Counted from the first letter of the whole stretch, positions 1-17,843 are shown. The stretch is 59,181 nucleotides of DNA, filler included, from Porpidia crustulata (GCA_964255105.1; 2 parts of 2 records of this genome joined end to end with filler, not necessarily neighbours in it), one strand, 5' to 3'. Numbers and translations: made by a program. Notes: generated by a model not told the origin, from the letters alone.

Positions 1-25
1 GGGTTAGGAGTAATAAGGGGGTTTT

Positions 26-145
26 GCCCTAACCCTAGGTGCCGTTTTCGAACTAGGGGTGTAATCGAAGGAGGGGTTTATACGAGTAGTCATGACCAGA
101 AGCACGCTAGTAGCCCGGATGTGTGAACGAAATAAAATTTTTCCA
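26..145 (+). promoter_or_regulatory. Candidate ribosome-biogenesis promoter elements: CCCTAACCCTA telobox-like site and AAAATTTTT RRPE-like site upstream of DBP2
   Basis: gccctaaccctagg at ~27-39 and aaataaaatttttcc at 131-145, 130-250 bp upstream of the DBP2 ATG. Function is inferred from context only. Confidence 0.35.
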
Positions 146-271
146 AATTTCGATCCAACATCACACCTTACATTAACCTCAGCACAACCTTGATCTTCGT
201 TACACTTTCTTATCTTCAACTCTGGTCTATTTTCTAGCAAAGCTATTGCGACTCAAAGTTGAAAAGTAAAG

Positions 272-2834
<2,563 letters not shown>

Positions 2835-3114
2835 ACTGTTCATTCGTTTTTAGAGGATGTGTTGCATTTCAAAGTGGTGCTTGTGGCGGACTTGACCGTT
2901 GTCAATTCGCATATTTCGGTGTTTCATGGCGATTTTGTGCTATCCGCAGAATTTGGCAGCACGCACCGGTATGTGCATTTAGATTTTCTTATGTCCCGTT
3001 GTGCGTTCCTAACTGTCCTGACGCAATTCAGCCGTAACTTGCTTGTATCCAAGCAAGTACCAGATTGTTCTCAGCAGGAACTTCAAGCACCATAAATTGT
3101 TGTCTTAGAGATAT

Positions 3115-4021
<907 letters not shown>

Positions 4022-4502
4022 GACTTAGCTCTGTAGGACTTCTGCAGACTGTGAATTGTTTTTCAGGCCTTGTTATCTGTTATTGGCGTCCAGAATCGAT
4101 AATATAGGTGAACGTCACAGCCTCTTGGTCCGAAGGATCTGATACCTCAATGTCATGGATCTGATATCAATCATTTACTGTCCTGGAATAATAAACCATA
4201 TAAAATTTAAAAGCATGTTGTGAACCCCGATGATTCCTTGTCAAGATTCGTATCTATGATTTTGCACTTGATAAGCACGCGAACAGTGAAAAAAGCCGAA
4301 CCGCAAATGTCGAGCTCCCGTCCACATCATTAAACTTGCTACTGCAATTTTGAAGATATTGTTCATAATCAACCGTTCTATCCTTATCATCTATACTTTT
4401 TTTTCCTGCCCGCGCGGTAGACGCTAGCGGCTCTGGGTAGATCGGTAGGTATCATAAGGTAAGGTATCTTGGTGGTAATATGACACGCCTCGACGTATCC
4501 AG

Positions 4503-4508
4503 ACGCGT
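4503..4508. promoter_or_regulatory. MCB-like element ACGCGT upstream of ATR/MEC1
   Basis: Perfect ACGCGT ~55 bp before the ATG of a DNA-checkpoint gene. It is a single 6-mer and could be chance. Confidence 0.3.
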
Positions 4509-4561
4509 CCCCCGGCCGTGAGTGAAAGTCGTCGGTGGCAACAATACATTAATAAATTATT

Positions 4562-7500
4562 ATGGCCCCTAGTAGAGGCACCCTGAACAGCAATTTGATC
4601 AGGCTAACGCAACAGACCGAAAACCCACCGCCGTCAACACTCGCCGCTCAAATTGTTAACAACCTAACGAAGAAAGCGCACTCATGGCAAAACAGAGAAA
4701 GCTTTCAGCAATTGCTGAGAGAAATCCTTGACGCTGAGGACGAAAAGGACGGACAATCTGACTCCATCGAAACAAATGTTGAGGTGAATCACAAGATTAT
4801 ATATGTGGTCATCAGAAGTGGAATTGAGGGTTTGTTTCGAGATGATCCCTTCAATAAGAAAGCCGGTTTGGTAGAGCAAGGTCTTCGCAGTGTTGCCGTG
4901 ATAGGCTTAACAATCAAACGATCCCCAGAGGTGTTGTTCTTTACGCCTAAGATCGGTGAATTTGAGCCTAAACTAAATGGCCCATTGTTCCTATGGCTGA
5001 TTCCTATCCTTTTATCGGTTCTTGCCTATGAAGGGTGTGGTGGTATTCAGACAGCAACTCTGCAATTGCTACAGACTATCTTAGGTACTGAGCGCAGGAC
5101 ACACTGCCCGGGCATAAAGCCGCAAAGCGTTCTCAAATACATCCAGGGTTGCCTAAAAGGCAAGCCAAGCGCCTATGTACTAGGTTTACATACGGCTAAA
5201 TTGGGTTTGCATAGATCTACTCTTCATTGGCGAATCTTCGTGCTCAACCCATCTGGGAACCCATGACTTGGATCAAGCGGTAATCCCGACAATGACAACA
5301 ATTTCCGAAGTCTGTCCCGCAATCCTGGACAAAGACGACTTAAAGCACTCTTCACAGGTTGTGATCAGGAGTTCGTCACAAGTTTTTCCTATTGTGCTTG
5401 GTGTACTTCCAATCCTTTGCTTTGCTTCTATCGACGAGCCCGGAAATGCGAAGAAAGTGTTTGATATTGGTCCAGATTATGCATGGATACTGGGCTGTCT
5501 AAAACGCATATGGACTCTAATTGCACCTCATGGGGTGCCTTCAACAGCAGATGAGGTTTTATCAAAAAGGCTTGTGATTTTTCTGGATACGAATCGTGTT
5601 GTGGCGTCCCGTCTTGCAGCAGTCAGGTGTGAGTCTGGCATCGCACCTAGGATCTTTATACTGTTGGCTCAAGCTGTTTCTACTCTTCTCCTTGCCGATC
5701 AATCAACCCAGTTGTCCACTCTCCTTAATAAATCCATTTGTCTCAGTCTCCTTGAAATAGCAAGTCTAAATTATCGAGCACTACATAGCTTCCAGGTGTC
5801 TAACGAACACATCTTACCTACTCTTCTGGACATCAAGGACAATGATTGCTTTGACGGATTGGAGAACGATTTTCAGGTACGCTTTAGCGATTTTGAGAGA
5901 ACAGCACAATGCCTTAATCATCTTTACAGCAAGCTATTCTACTAGCAATCCAGTTTTGCCGATCGGTTCCCTCGCCAGAAAGCCATGATCAAGGCTTCTC
6001 ATTCAGCGATCCTGACCTACAACAAACTTGTGTTGATTATTTCTACAGGTCCGGGCTTCTACTCGAAAAAGACAATAACAGCAGGCCCCTGAAACGAACT
6101 CGGATCTCCCTTCCGAACAAAGCTCGGCCAGATGCTGAGATCCAAGCAAATCTAATGCTTACGCTGAACAGATTGTTAGGTACTAAGGGGCGTACGAGTA
6201 TGTCTGATTTAAGTGAGATCATAGCGTAGGTACTTATTATCCTGAAGAGCTCCTACCTGGTCCTGATGTCTACTAGAAACTCATATCCAAAATTGTCAGA
6301 GAACAATCAGTGTTTGTTCTACGACATTGTTGGTCGGTTGGCTTGTACATATGCCCAAGCCCTTTCACCGCCTTCTCCCGATACTGAGGGGCAGCTTTCT
6401 TCTACCCAATGCTCTTCATGTGATGCTCAATCGAGGGTCACTGTTGCAAGACCTGTTTGGGAGGATGCTAATTCTGAAGCGCTGCTCTCGATAATGGCCG
6501 AATTACTGCAGCTTCTTCAAATCCAAAAGCGAAGGCGGACTCGAGTCGCCGCTATGCTAGCATTAAAAAGAATTCTTTCACACTGTGGAAATGTCACTCA
6601 TTTGGACCTTGAAACGTCTGGTTTTGGTCAGTGGTGTTTACAAGCGTTGCGTAATTCGATGAGAGACCTGCGCGTTGCTGCTGGGTGAGTTCAGCTTGGC
6701 TACTTGTTCTTTTGGCTTTGCTTAAGACTTCTAGGCGAACATTACCTATATTTCTAGAGGACTCCGTCGATGATAGCATTTTGCGTAACAACCGTATTGT
6801 GGCTCTGGACTTCATGCGTACGCTCTCTGAGAAGAGTGAACTTATACTACAGGAAACCTGTATCCTAGCCTGGGGGCAGATTGCGCGGTAGGCCTGCGTG
6901 TGCACTTGCGCGGCATAGACAAAATCTGACTCGATGTCCAAAGAATATCAACCGGAGATGAAACGAACATCATTCTACTTCGACTCGTAGAATATTTAGG
7001 TCACCCGCATTCGCTTGTGTACGGATTAGCATACGACGAGGTCTGTCAGTGCTTTAGATCTATGAAACAAAATATTCTAACGCTGAGAAGATCCAACGAA
7101 TCTCAAGCTACTTATCGATAACACCAATGCGGATGTTTTCACCCTTTTGGCGCACAATAGCAATAACGGTAGTACGGGATCTGCAACGGCGTCCCCAAGT
7201 TGCCCAGCAAATGTCGGACTTGTTGGCAATGTCTGTTACTGATTTTCTGCGGCTTACGCAGTACTATACCACTCCCTACCTTGTCCTTACTAAGAAATGC
7301 GATATCCTACAAAGAGTTGCAGGTGCTTGTGGTCGTTCAATCAAAGATCAATGCATGGACCATAACAATCTAGCCGCGATTCTTGCTTGTATCCTACTAC
7401 AGCCCTTAAAAGATGCAGAAGAGACTATCATGGGGTTGCTTCGCAGCGTGTCCCCGGAATTTGATCACGTTGACTGTGGAGAATTGATCAAGGGAGAGCC

Positions 7501-10500
7501 AATGCTAACAGCGTCAGAGTTACTCAAGGCCGCTAGTGAAGAGGATGACTTAAAAAGATCACGAGTAAGCTGTGACTGACCCGTCGAATGCAATGGGCTA
7601 ATGATGGTTCTCCAGGCCCATCAGGCGCTTAACTTCGTTGCGGACATTACCCATGGTAAAGCTGCGCCTAGTAGGAGTTCAGGTCGCAAGACTGAAGTTC
7701 TAGGCCCATTCTTTGAGACCCATGTTCTTGGTATAATGGCATATCTTTCCGACACGATAAACGACGGGAAAGGCCCCCAGCCGATGCCGGAGAAACAACG
7801 CTGTCTTGGGGCCATCAGAGAAATGATAAAATTGGCGAGGAGCCATTTAAGTAACGCGCTACCTCAGGTGCGAGTCATAGCAGTACTACGATTGATCTAA
7901 GTTAACTTTAAATCTCAGATATGTGCGTGCTTACGCTCCGCAATAGAGAATAAAGAGCTCTCTGATCAGGCTTTTATTGCATGGATCATTATGATAGGCA
8001 ATATGGGCGAAGACGAGCTCGGGAGTCTTGTAGACCCAACGTTTGCCATCATTGCTCAGCATTGGAACGACTTCGGGCCGAGAACGCAGACCCAAGCACA
8101 CGAGATGGTTAGCAACTTACTCAGATCCCACACGGCAATGGTCCGTGACATAGTGAACACCATACCTTCCCTTGCAGGAATTACTCTCATGACTAAATTT
8201 GAGGAAGAGCTTGGCAGATCTAGGGCACAAATGGACCTGAAGCACCAGTACCATGCCTTCAGTCAGCGTTGTCAAAATGAAAACGTTACTGTAGTAGCTA
8301 GAGCGTTGGTGGAGATGGAACCTTACCTTGACAAGCACCAGGATTTTCTCCACGAGGCCGCAGTAAGCGAACAGCCGGATCCAGTGATATCCCAACTCAC
8401 TCGTTCCATACTCGATGCTTGTGTTCTCTTTAGCGAATCAAACACAGATATTTCTACCCTTTGTGCGAAATGTCTTGGCCTTATAGGTTGTCTAGATCCT
8501 ACGAGAGTCGAGGCGGTTAAAGAAAAAAGAGAAGTGCTAGTGGTATCGAATTTCGGTGATGAGTATGAGACGATCGATTTTGTTGTTTTTTTTCTCCAAG
8601 AGATTCTGGTGAAGGCTTTTCTCTCAGCAACCAGCCCAAAAGCCCAGGGTTTTCTTGCATATGCAATGCAAGAGCTGCTAGGCTTCTGTGGTCTCACGGC
8701 ATCAGTGACACTTCGCCCGCGAGAGGTACACATGAGTGACAATTATGCCAGATGGGTTGCGCTTCCCGAGTCCGTTCGGAACACTTTGACGCCGTTTTTG
8801 ACCTCCAAATATGTGGTCACGCCAGGGGTGGCACAGGCGACATGCGACTACCCTCTATATACAGCCAATATGAGTCATGGACAATGGCTTCGAAGTTTTG
8901 TGTACGACCTCCTCAGAAAAGGAGTAGGAGAGAACCCACAGATGATCTTTCCAGTCTTTGCACTTCTTATACGGACTCAAGACCTTTCTATCTCAAGCTT
9001 TCTTCTCCCATTTTCTGTCTTGAACATTGTCATTGATGGGACAGAGCGTCAGAAAACAGAGATTGGAAAAGAATTACTCACGGTACTCCGACACTCGTTA
9101 CCAGAGGGTAGCAGTGCAGTACGCGATAACATCATACTGTGCAGCCAGGTAAGCCACCTCTCTATGATACTGCGATAGATGGCCGACTTATGTGTGCAGA
9201 ATGTCTTTCAAGTACTGGACTATCTTGCACGATGGATGCAGGAAAAGAAGAAATCAATTGGTATTGCAAGGGTGGCAGCTGCAAGGCTCGGGAGGCTACC
9301 TCCTGAAGTCGAGGAGATGAACAACATGTCACAGGTAGAGAGTGTGGAAAAAACTCTTGGCGTGGTGCCTGCCGAAGTGATCTCTCGTCGAGCTGTTGAA
9401 TGCAGATCATACGCCCGCGCTTTATACCATTGGGAGCAATACATACGGCAGCAAAAACAGCCACGTGGTGCGGATAATGGTCGCACGAATCTTGAGCCAC
9501 TATATGAAAGGTTGCAAGATATTTACAAACAGGTTGATGAGCCTGACGGTATAGAGGGTATCTCTGCTCACTTACAAGTACTCAACATTGATCAACAAAT
9601 TCTCGAGCATCGTAAAGCGGGACGATGGACCGCAGCCCAGAGTTGGTATGAGTTGCAACTCACAGAAAGACCAAATGACATCGATGTGCAGTTCAATCTC
9701 TTGACTAGTCTCAAAGAGTCTGGCCAGTATGGTAAGTCTTCCAAAAACCGAGCAGTTATTGATCTAACCACTGATCGATAAAAGACGTACTTCTAAACCA
9801 AATTGAGGGCTTTCAACCATCTCAACCTAGCGCTTATTTGTCTCTGCCCTTTGCTGTTGAAGCGTCTTGGGTGACTGGAAAATGGGCAAAACTCAAGAAG
9901 TATCTCTCTGAGTCCAGCTTGGCCCCGGGTGATAACTTCAATATTGGAGTTGGTAGGGCGCTCTTGGCATTGTCCCAGAACGAGACCGACCAGTTCTCAA
10001 ATACCTTAGACGACCTGCGCCAGAACATCGCAAAAAGCCTTTCAACGTCAAACACATCATCATTGCAAGCTTGCCATGATACTATGCTTCAATTCCATGT
10101 ACTTACAGAGATCGAAACAATTAGTGGCACGCGGAATAAGGAAAATGTGGATAACATAAGCCTTTTGAAGTCTTTGAACCAGCGGCTGAATGTCCTCGGA
10201 GCTTTTTTATCAGATAAACAATACATACTGGGGCTGCGGCGAGCGACAATGCAGGTCTCAAAGTGGGTCGTCAGATCTCGTCTCCTATATGTCTGCTAAC
10301 TTCATAGACGCAATTTCGAGAAGATTGCCGTGGCGTCTGCTTGGCTGACGAGTGCTAGACTCGCACGTAAGGGTGGCTTCACACACCAGGCATTTAACGC
10401 GGTTCTCCATGCGTCCCAGCTTGGTGATGACTCTGCGACTATTGAACATTCTCGGCTCTTGTGGAGCGAAGGCCATCACCGCAAAGCAATCCAGAGCCTA

Positions 10501-12558
10501 GAGGGTGCTATTGCTGCGAATGCGTTCAGATCATATGACTACACCCAAGCGAATGAGTCTATGACTGCACACAACCAAGGTAGACAGCAGCAGCAGAACC
10601 TACCTAAGGCTAGAGCTCATCTGTTGCTTGCCAAGTGGATTGATAAGGCTGGCCAGACACAGTCCGACGTAATTATCGGCCAGTATAAACAGGCTGTCGA
10701 TTCTCATAACAGGTGGGAAAAGGGCCATTACTACCTCGGTAAACATTACAATAAGCTCCTTGAGTCAGAGAAAGCGAAGGTGCCCGGGAAGCAAGCCCAA
10801 ACTTTCATCACTGGTGAGACAGCAAAATTGGTAATTGAGAATTATCTTAGGTCGTTGGCTTTTGGCGCAAAATATATTTACCAAACAGTACCCCGGATAT
10901 TGACTCTTTGGCTCGAACTCGGAAACGACGCCGAATTACCTTTGGACCCCAAGTATGGGACTGACGAGAACTTCCGTAGCCACACTGCTGCGCAACGACG
11001 AAAGCTACTCGGGGCCGTGCATACACAGTTAAAGAAGTACATGGACAGATTACCGCCTTTTGTGTTCTACACGGCGCTCGCTCAGATCGTAGCTCGCATC
11101 TGCCATACAAATCGAGCGGTCAATGACATACTTATTGACATTGTCGCTAGAGTTGTCACCCACCACCCTAAGCATGCTCTATGGACTTTACTAGCTGTTG
11201 TGAAATCCTCGTCTAAAGAACGAGCAAGCAAAGGCCTCGCATGTATGACAAAGGTATTTGAGTATTCGAAGAAGCTGAGGAACGAAACCGATGTTGGCGA
11301 ATTGAGGGCGCTTATTCAAAGAGGTCAGAAGCTCTCCGACCAGCTGCTCCACGTTTGCGAGGCCGAAATTCCTGGTAAACCTTCCACATTGAGCATTAGT
11401 CGAGACCTGAGTTTCAACCACGGCTTTCCCCCTTGTAAACTTGTGATACCCCTCGAGTCGACGTTGACAGCGAGCCTCCCTACGGTAACTGATACGATGA
11501 AAACGCACAAAGCATTGTCCAAAGAGCCTTTGACTATTTCATCGTTCCTCGACGAGGTGTCGGTCCTGAATTCTCTCCAAAGGCCACGCAGAATAAGTGT
11601 TCGAGGCTCAGACGGCCACGTCTACGCACTTCTCTGCAAACCCAAAGACGATCTACGCAAGGACCAACGACTAATGGAATTTAATGCTATGATTAATAGG
11701 TCCCTGAAGAAAGACGCCGACTGCAGCAAACGCCGCTTATACATCAAAACTTATGCCGTAACCCCGTTGAACGAAGAATGCGGCCTCATCGAATGGGTGG
11801 ACAATCTTAAAACCCTCCGCGACATCCTCCTCAACATCTACAAACAGAAAAGTATCCAGCCCAACTTTAGTGAACTCCGCAATCTTCTCAATGAAGTCAC
11901 CTCTTCGCCCAAAAACCTCCCAATATTTCGTGATAAAATCCTTGCGCAATTTCCCCCAGTTTTCCACGAATGGTTCGTCGAAATGTTTCCTGAGCCGGCT
12001 ACCTGGTTCACTGCACGTCTGCGCTACACCCGTTCCTGCGCCGTCATGTCCATCGTCGGCCACGTGCTTGGCCTCGGCGATCGCCATGGTGAAAACATTC
12101 TTTTCGAGGAAGGCAACGGCGGCACCTTCCACGTTGACTTCAACTGCCTCTTCGATAAAGGACTCACGTTTGAGAAACCTGAACTGGTGCCATTTCGCCT
12201 CACGCACAACATGATCGACGCTTTCGGCGCCTATGGCTATGACGGACCTTTCCGAAAATCTTCCGAACTGACATTGCAAATCCTACGCCAGAACGAAGAC
12301 ACGCTGATGACGATCCTGGAGACATTTGTGTACGATCCGACAACGGATTTCATCGGCAAGAAGAAGAGGAAGGAGAATCCGGTGGTACCAGATACGCCTG
12401 AAGGGGTGCTGGAGCAGGTAAGGAACAAGGTAAGAGGATTTTTGGGGGGAGAGAGCGTGCCTTTGAGTGTGGAGGGATATGTGCAGGAGTTGGTGGCGAT
12501 GGCAACGGATGAGTGGAGACTGGCAAGTATGTACATCGGGTGGTGTGCCTTTTTTTAA
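4562..12558 (+). CDS. MEC1: PIKK checkpoint kinase ATR/Mec1/Rad3 (UvsB), multi-exon
   Basis: Chain of ORFs joined by introns. HEAT/UME region, FAT domain (SYARALYHWE, DEPDGIEGIS), kinase motifs CKPKDDLRKDQR, LGLGDRHGENIL and HVDFNCLF, and a FATC end MYIGWCAFF*. Confidence 0.95.
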
Positions 12559-13188
12559 GGCCATCATTATTGTGCAATTGGTTGAAGTCAAATTCTTTCG
12601 TAATGGGAGTGGTTTGCCCTTGCAAAGTGATAAAAGGTCAGGGCCCCTATCTGATGTGCTCGTCAAATCTTTGTCAACCTCATATGGACCGAATCCCACA
12701 AAGTTCTCGTGATACCCACTTGGATCTCAAGATGAAACACCGTTCCCTCGTTCACCCGCCAACTTTTCATCAAAGGCATCAAGGAAAAGTTGTTAGTAAA
12801 TAGTACCACTCATGGAGGAAGCGACTTAAACAGTATCGCTTGATCCAGAATTCTACAGTCTACTGTGTGTGTATCTGCCGAGACCCCACTGAAACGGTTT
12901 ACATGAAATTCTCAAGTCGTAGAAATAAGCACATAATTCGCCTGGCGATCATAAGGATGAGACGATTTGCAAGCTCTCAACGCATAGATCTGGAGCTGGC
13001 AGCGACGTTCCCTACCTGTCGTTCAAGTTCTTTAACCATGGGTGCGTTATTGCACCTGTCAGAGCTGTCCGCTGAGATGGGATAAGCGAGCGACTGGGGC
13101 GTCTAATGCATCTGTAGGCCAATATGAAGGGGAGCACGAGACGCCATTCTCGATAAGGGCGGGAATACGGTCCAATGGTTCCCAACCG

Positions 13189-13850
13189 ATGATTAATTCG
13201 GTATGGCCGCGTGTAGTCGACAGGTCTATCGCTCGAACATTCTCCCGAAGTTTGTTCACATCGAGAAGCCTCGTCATGTCATCGCCGAATAAGGGCCACA
13301 GCAGCACAGCGAGGGCTCAGCTTTCGATATCTACGGGTCAGGACGCAGACGAGGTCACTCGCCGATTAGATCTCTTGCTCCACGAATCTGGCGGTCGATG
13401 GTCTCTGAGCGGGAATGGCAAATGCTTGGAAAGGACTTTTCGCTTCAAGACTTTCAACAGCGCATGGGTTGGGGCATCTCAACCGTGAAGTCATCGAACG
13501 GCTAGCTAAGATCCACAGAATTTCATGAATGGAGTGGCCGTGCAGTGCAAAAAAGAACGACATCATCCGGAATGGTCAAATGTAAGCAGATTTCCACAAA
13601 TTCTAACATCAAACAAGTGGGGAAACCGCGTGTCAACTGAATCGCGAGTTCTGCACAGATGTACAATAAGACCTTCATTAGATGGACCACGCATAGGCCT
13701 GAAGGGCTTTCGATCAAGGACGTGATCATGGCTGCTTTTTCTGATGAACAGGGCAAAGTCAACGGCGAAATCGAGCCAATACCAGATAACTTGGACGACG
13801 GCTTTCTCACCAAGGGAAGTGCATTCGTCGATGATCTAACGCAGAATTGA
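13189..13850 (+). CDS. Pterin-4-alpha-carbinolamine dehydratase, probably with a mitochondrial presequence
   Basis: LERTFRFKTFNSAW|xFMNGVAVQCKKERHHPEWSN|xYNKTFIRWTTH..GLSIKD across two introns. Arg/Ser-rich N-terminus; the start codon is uncertain (13189 or 13276). Confidence 0.88.
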
Positions 13851-14146
13851 GATCCCAGTTGGGTCGCAGCGCCTGTTCAATCTCTAACAGCTTGAATTGG
13901 GTATGCGTAGGCAATGTCTAATGATCTATCGGTATTACAAATGCTCTGAAGATAGATAATCAAGAAAACGCCGTTATGGTGCCTGTGCTTAAGAATGTTC
14001 GGGCCAAAGTCTAGGTCACGTTAAGGTTATATACAGTCTACTCGTCCGTTCCGGTCAAGAATAACGTCCCCTCAACGCTACGGCGGCGATACCTTCGGCT
14101 GATAGTTGGCGCTTCAACTCCAAGGTCCCCATCGCTCCGCCGTCAA

Positions 14147-15225
14147 TTACTGCGCTTTCTTCGCCGCCCTTGCCATGCGGCGCTCCCGCCTCTTTTTAGC
14201 TGCCTCCGGACCAGACTCGGTATCCAAAACGTAGTCCCACCATCTGAAGCTACTTGAGTAGTTCCCGATGAAACGCTCGTGGTGAGTATCATGATGCTCA
14301 GCGCCTGCCCAGAATGGCAGAAAATGGTGTAAGCTCCACGGAAATTCGTAGCCACTGTGCGCATCGATGGCTTGAAATAGTCGGAAGACGATCCAGACAT
14401 ACATTGTGAGAATGTGCAGGTTTCCAGTGAGACTACACCACAAGATCGGAGAGCCTACTGTGCCAAGACCAAGGATCATAACTTCGATCGGAGAAGCATA
14501 TTCTGCCGCGAGTCCAAATGGCGCGGAATATTGATGATGGATTTTGTGGATGTTCTTATAGAGAGGGCCCCAATGAAGTGCTCGATGCGACCAATAATGC
14601 CAAGTGTCTTCCAGCACAAAGAAAACAGCTATCTGATAAGCCATAGTAAGGAAAGAGGGGAACGGAACGCTCGTCGAAAGACCAAAGTATTGCGCCATAG
14701 GATGGAAAAGCCTGGACAATATCAGCAGTTATTACACATTCGTAAACTGTGCACAGAATCTCATCTACCAAATCTGAGGCAGTTCAACGGTGAAGTGGGA
14801 TAGCAACACCAGTTTAGCGCAATTCCATTGCTCTTGAATGGTAGGAATCTTTTGCTACCAGGATGTGAGCATTTGATGAATCTTTAGCAGAGCGCCGGGA
14901 AACCCTACATTCTGGATTTTGTACTTGTTGAAGTGAGATATCCGATCAATAATCATCCAAGGTAGGGAACGCCCAAAGTACACCGCCTCGTGCATCACAA
15001 AGGACATGATACCAGTGGCAAGGACATCATGCTGCATATACGCGTACCAAGATGCCCACAAGCGCTCAAAGACATTTAATTGGACGTTGTACTTGGACAC
15101 TTGATCGAAATGACCCCAATAACTTTCGGGGGGAGCCGAGAAAATGGATGCACTTGAGTTCCTGGATGACGAGTCTATCAGCAGGTGGCTAAAAACGAAG
15201 AAGTATGCTTCTGCATTTCTTACAT
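14147..15225 (-). CDS. ERG25: C-4 methylsterol oxidase
   Basis: His boxes [14 protein letters not shown] and HHDTHH, plus [12 protein letters not shown] and [12 protein letters not shown], and a C-terminal KKAQ ER-retrieval signal. Three introns; the start codon appears to be split AT|G by intron 15162-15223. Confidence 0.94.
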
Positions 15226-15657
15226 CGTATGAACTCCGAAGGATTTGCAAACAAGGTTGGACAGAGAACGAGTTGCATTCAAAACGGACAGAAACTGAAG
15301 TAGGTAGATACCGTATATATAGCTTAGCGAGTTCTTTATTCGTCACTAGTGCGCGGCAAAGATCTGTCACCCGGGACGCTGGATTTCCGTGGCCTGATGC
15401 TAGAGTTGTGGTACTCCGTACAGGCCGTAGATCCCTGCGCACGCAGAAGTGTTCAGCCCTACAGACGTGCAAACGTGTAAAACCGCCATTACTTCAACAA
15501 GGTACTTACTTCAGCTGGAGGTCCTCACCTCTTATCTAATACATTCAGCTTACTACTTGTCCAGTGGCTCATGGAAAGTATCGAGCCCCTGTGGGTGGGG
15601 AGAATGAGAATAATAGGAGGATAACAAGACTGGATCCTACTCAGGACTTGTACAACC

Positions 15658-17843
15658 ATGTCATTCGTGACCGAGTAAGATTGTTGGAACGACGCATAAA
15701 CTTTGCTACGAGCTGATTTGATCCAGCCATGTTCGCCGGATCGATGGGCAGCTTGATAGACTGCAGCTCCCCAAGTTTCCCTCCCCACCAAGTTCCTCAG
15801 GGACAAGCTCTGCGGAGGATGATTTGAAGGATGCACACAAGGGCAGCAACGACACTTCTAATTCGCCTCGTGTATTACAGCTCCAAGCGGCAATTCAAGC
15901 GATTTCCGCCGCTTCATCCTCACGTGTACCTCTTCAGCCCGCCCGAATATATACTATCCTTGAGCAAACTCGCTCCACAGCGTCTTTGACAAGCAATAAT
16001 GAGACTACGGGAGCAAAGCAGGCATTGCTAGAACGAGAACTGGAATGGCTTTTGATCAGCAAAGCTACGATTCAGACCTACGGCCTTATATTAAATGGTT
16101 TATTGGAAGAGACCATTCCTCTGAGTCGTGACATCTGGTATTGGGATGAGGTTCTAAGCTCTTCTACAAATACGGCGCTATACTCTTTGCAGACCTCTCC
16201 TCACCGCCTGTGGCAATGGGCGGGTGACGTTTATCGTGATGCTCGGCAGAGAATGCAGTCGCTCCAGATCAAGAGCGCAGGTGAAACGCGAGAAGGTTGG
16301 TCGGTAACAGACCGCTGGCGCGATTTCTATGGATTAGTCCAAAAAATTGCACGCGATCGCTCACTGTCAAATATGCGTTTAAATATTGTATCTCCTTTGA
16401 CACTGTGTCATTTAGAGGCCCGCGACAAGCAACGTCGTCTAATGAAACTGCGAGAGATGAGTGCTTCTGGGCTTGGCATATTAATGGATGAGGGTCTGAC
16501 TTTTGACGTCGATGACGAAGGAGGCATGGTCTCTAAAGACCGGAACGAGGAGAGCAGAGAGGAGTGGAAAAGTGTCGTTGCTAAAAGTATCGTGCTGATG
16601 GAGATTATCCTTCGTAATGTCACTGTGCTCGAATTCGGGCCTGGCGATTTCGAAGATACGATCTTCATGAGCGTTGAGGATGATCCAGGGCATCATGCTG
16701 TCGAAGGGCAGCAGTCTTCTCCGTCTGCCTGGCTTGCCGGTCGACTTCAAAAGATTTTGAAAGTGCACATGCCCGTACACGCTGTGATATCGAGGAATCT
16801 GGCAAAAGATTACGGCAGACCTTCGAGAGTAACTAGGTATTGGCCGCTAGCCACTTTGCTAATCTTTTCCTCGAGTACAATCCTCCGTATTACTGTCAAG
16901 CGCAAGGCAGAAATCGCAGTCTGGATTCGTGACTTCGGGAAAACCACGATGGACTTCTGGTACAATTGGGTAATTGAACCAATCAAGAAGGTCATTGGGA
17001 CCATTAGGCATGATAAAAATAGCGAGATCGCTCTCATGAGCAAAGAAAGCTTAGAAGGCGACCGAGCGAGCTTAGAGCGGATGGTGGTAGACTTTGCAAA
17101 GGATAATACTAATTCCTCCAGAGGGGGTCCTTTGAACGAGGTTGAGATTGCCGATGTCCGAGCCAAGGTCAGAGAAGGAGATTTAACCCCAGTCTTGAGG
17201 GCCTACGAAAAAGATCTTCAAAGGCCTTTCGTTGGGACCGTCAGAGGCAACTTAGTTCGAGCCTTACTCATCCAGGTTCAAAAAACCAAAGTCGATGTTG
17301 AGGTCGCAATAAGTGGCATCGATTCCTTGTTGAAAAGCCAAGAGCTCGTTTTTGGGTAAGCGTTACTGTATTCACAGAAACTGATTGTGGCTGTACGACT
17401 AAAACAGAGTAGCTTCGTAGGTTTAACACCGGGCGTTCTGGTATGTTTTGGATTGTCTCGTTGGTTTAGCGGTTTGTTGGTTGGCCGGAAAGGTAGGAAA
17501 AAAGGTAAAGCCCAGGGTCAGATGATCCGAGTGCTACGGTAGGTTTGCCAGCGATGTCGTTCGATCTGGCGTCTGGCAATCTAATTGGCCTTTCAGGAAC
17601 ATCGACCGAATACTCAGCGCTTCGACCCCATCTAACAACGGTATGCTATCGTATAAGGAGCATGGCTTACTCCTGTGTGAGGTCCATGTACTACGAGAAA
17701 GGGCCCAGAAAGTGTTACCGGGAGAGATTAATGCGGAGTTTCTCGAAGACATGAATGATTTGGTGGACCTGAGGACCGGCGTTGACCGCCAGGTACGCGT
17801 CGTAGATAGGATCAGATGGGCCTATCTCGAGTGGCTTCAATGA
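15658..17843 (+). CDS. NCA2: Nuclear control of ATPase protein 2 (ATP synthase regulation)
   Basis: MSFVTD|HVRRIDGQLDRLQL start, IWYWDEVL, YGRPSRVTRYW, SLERMVVDF, LLIQVQKTKVDVEVAISGIDSLLKSQELVFG. Divergent from ERG25. Confidence 0.88.

Noticed and set aside
1..40. TTAGGG/CCCTAA units resembling a telomere
   Set aside because: Only 1-2 units in mixed orientation, not a tandem array. Better explained as a promoter telobox; a similar one occurs at ~48699.
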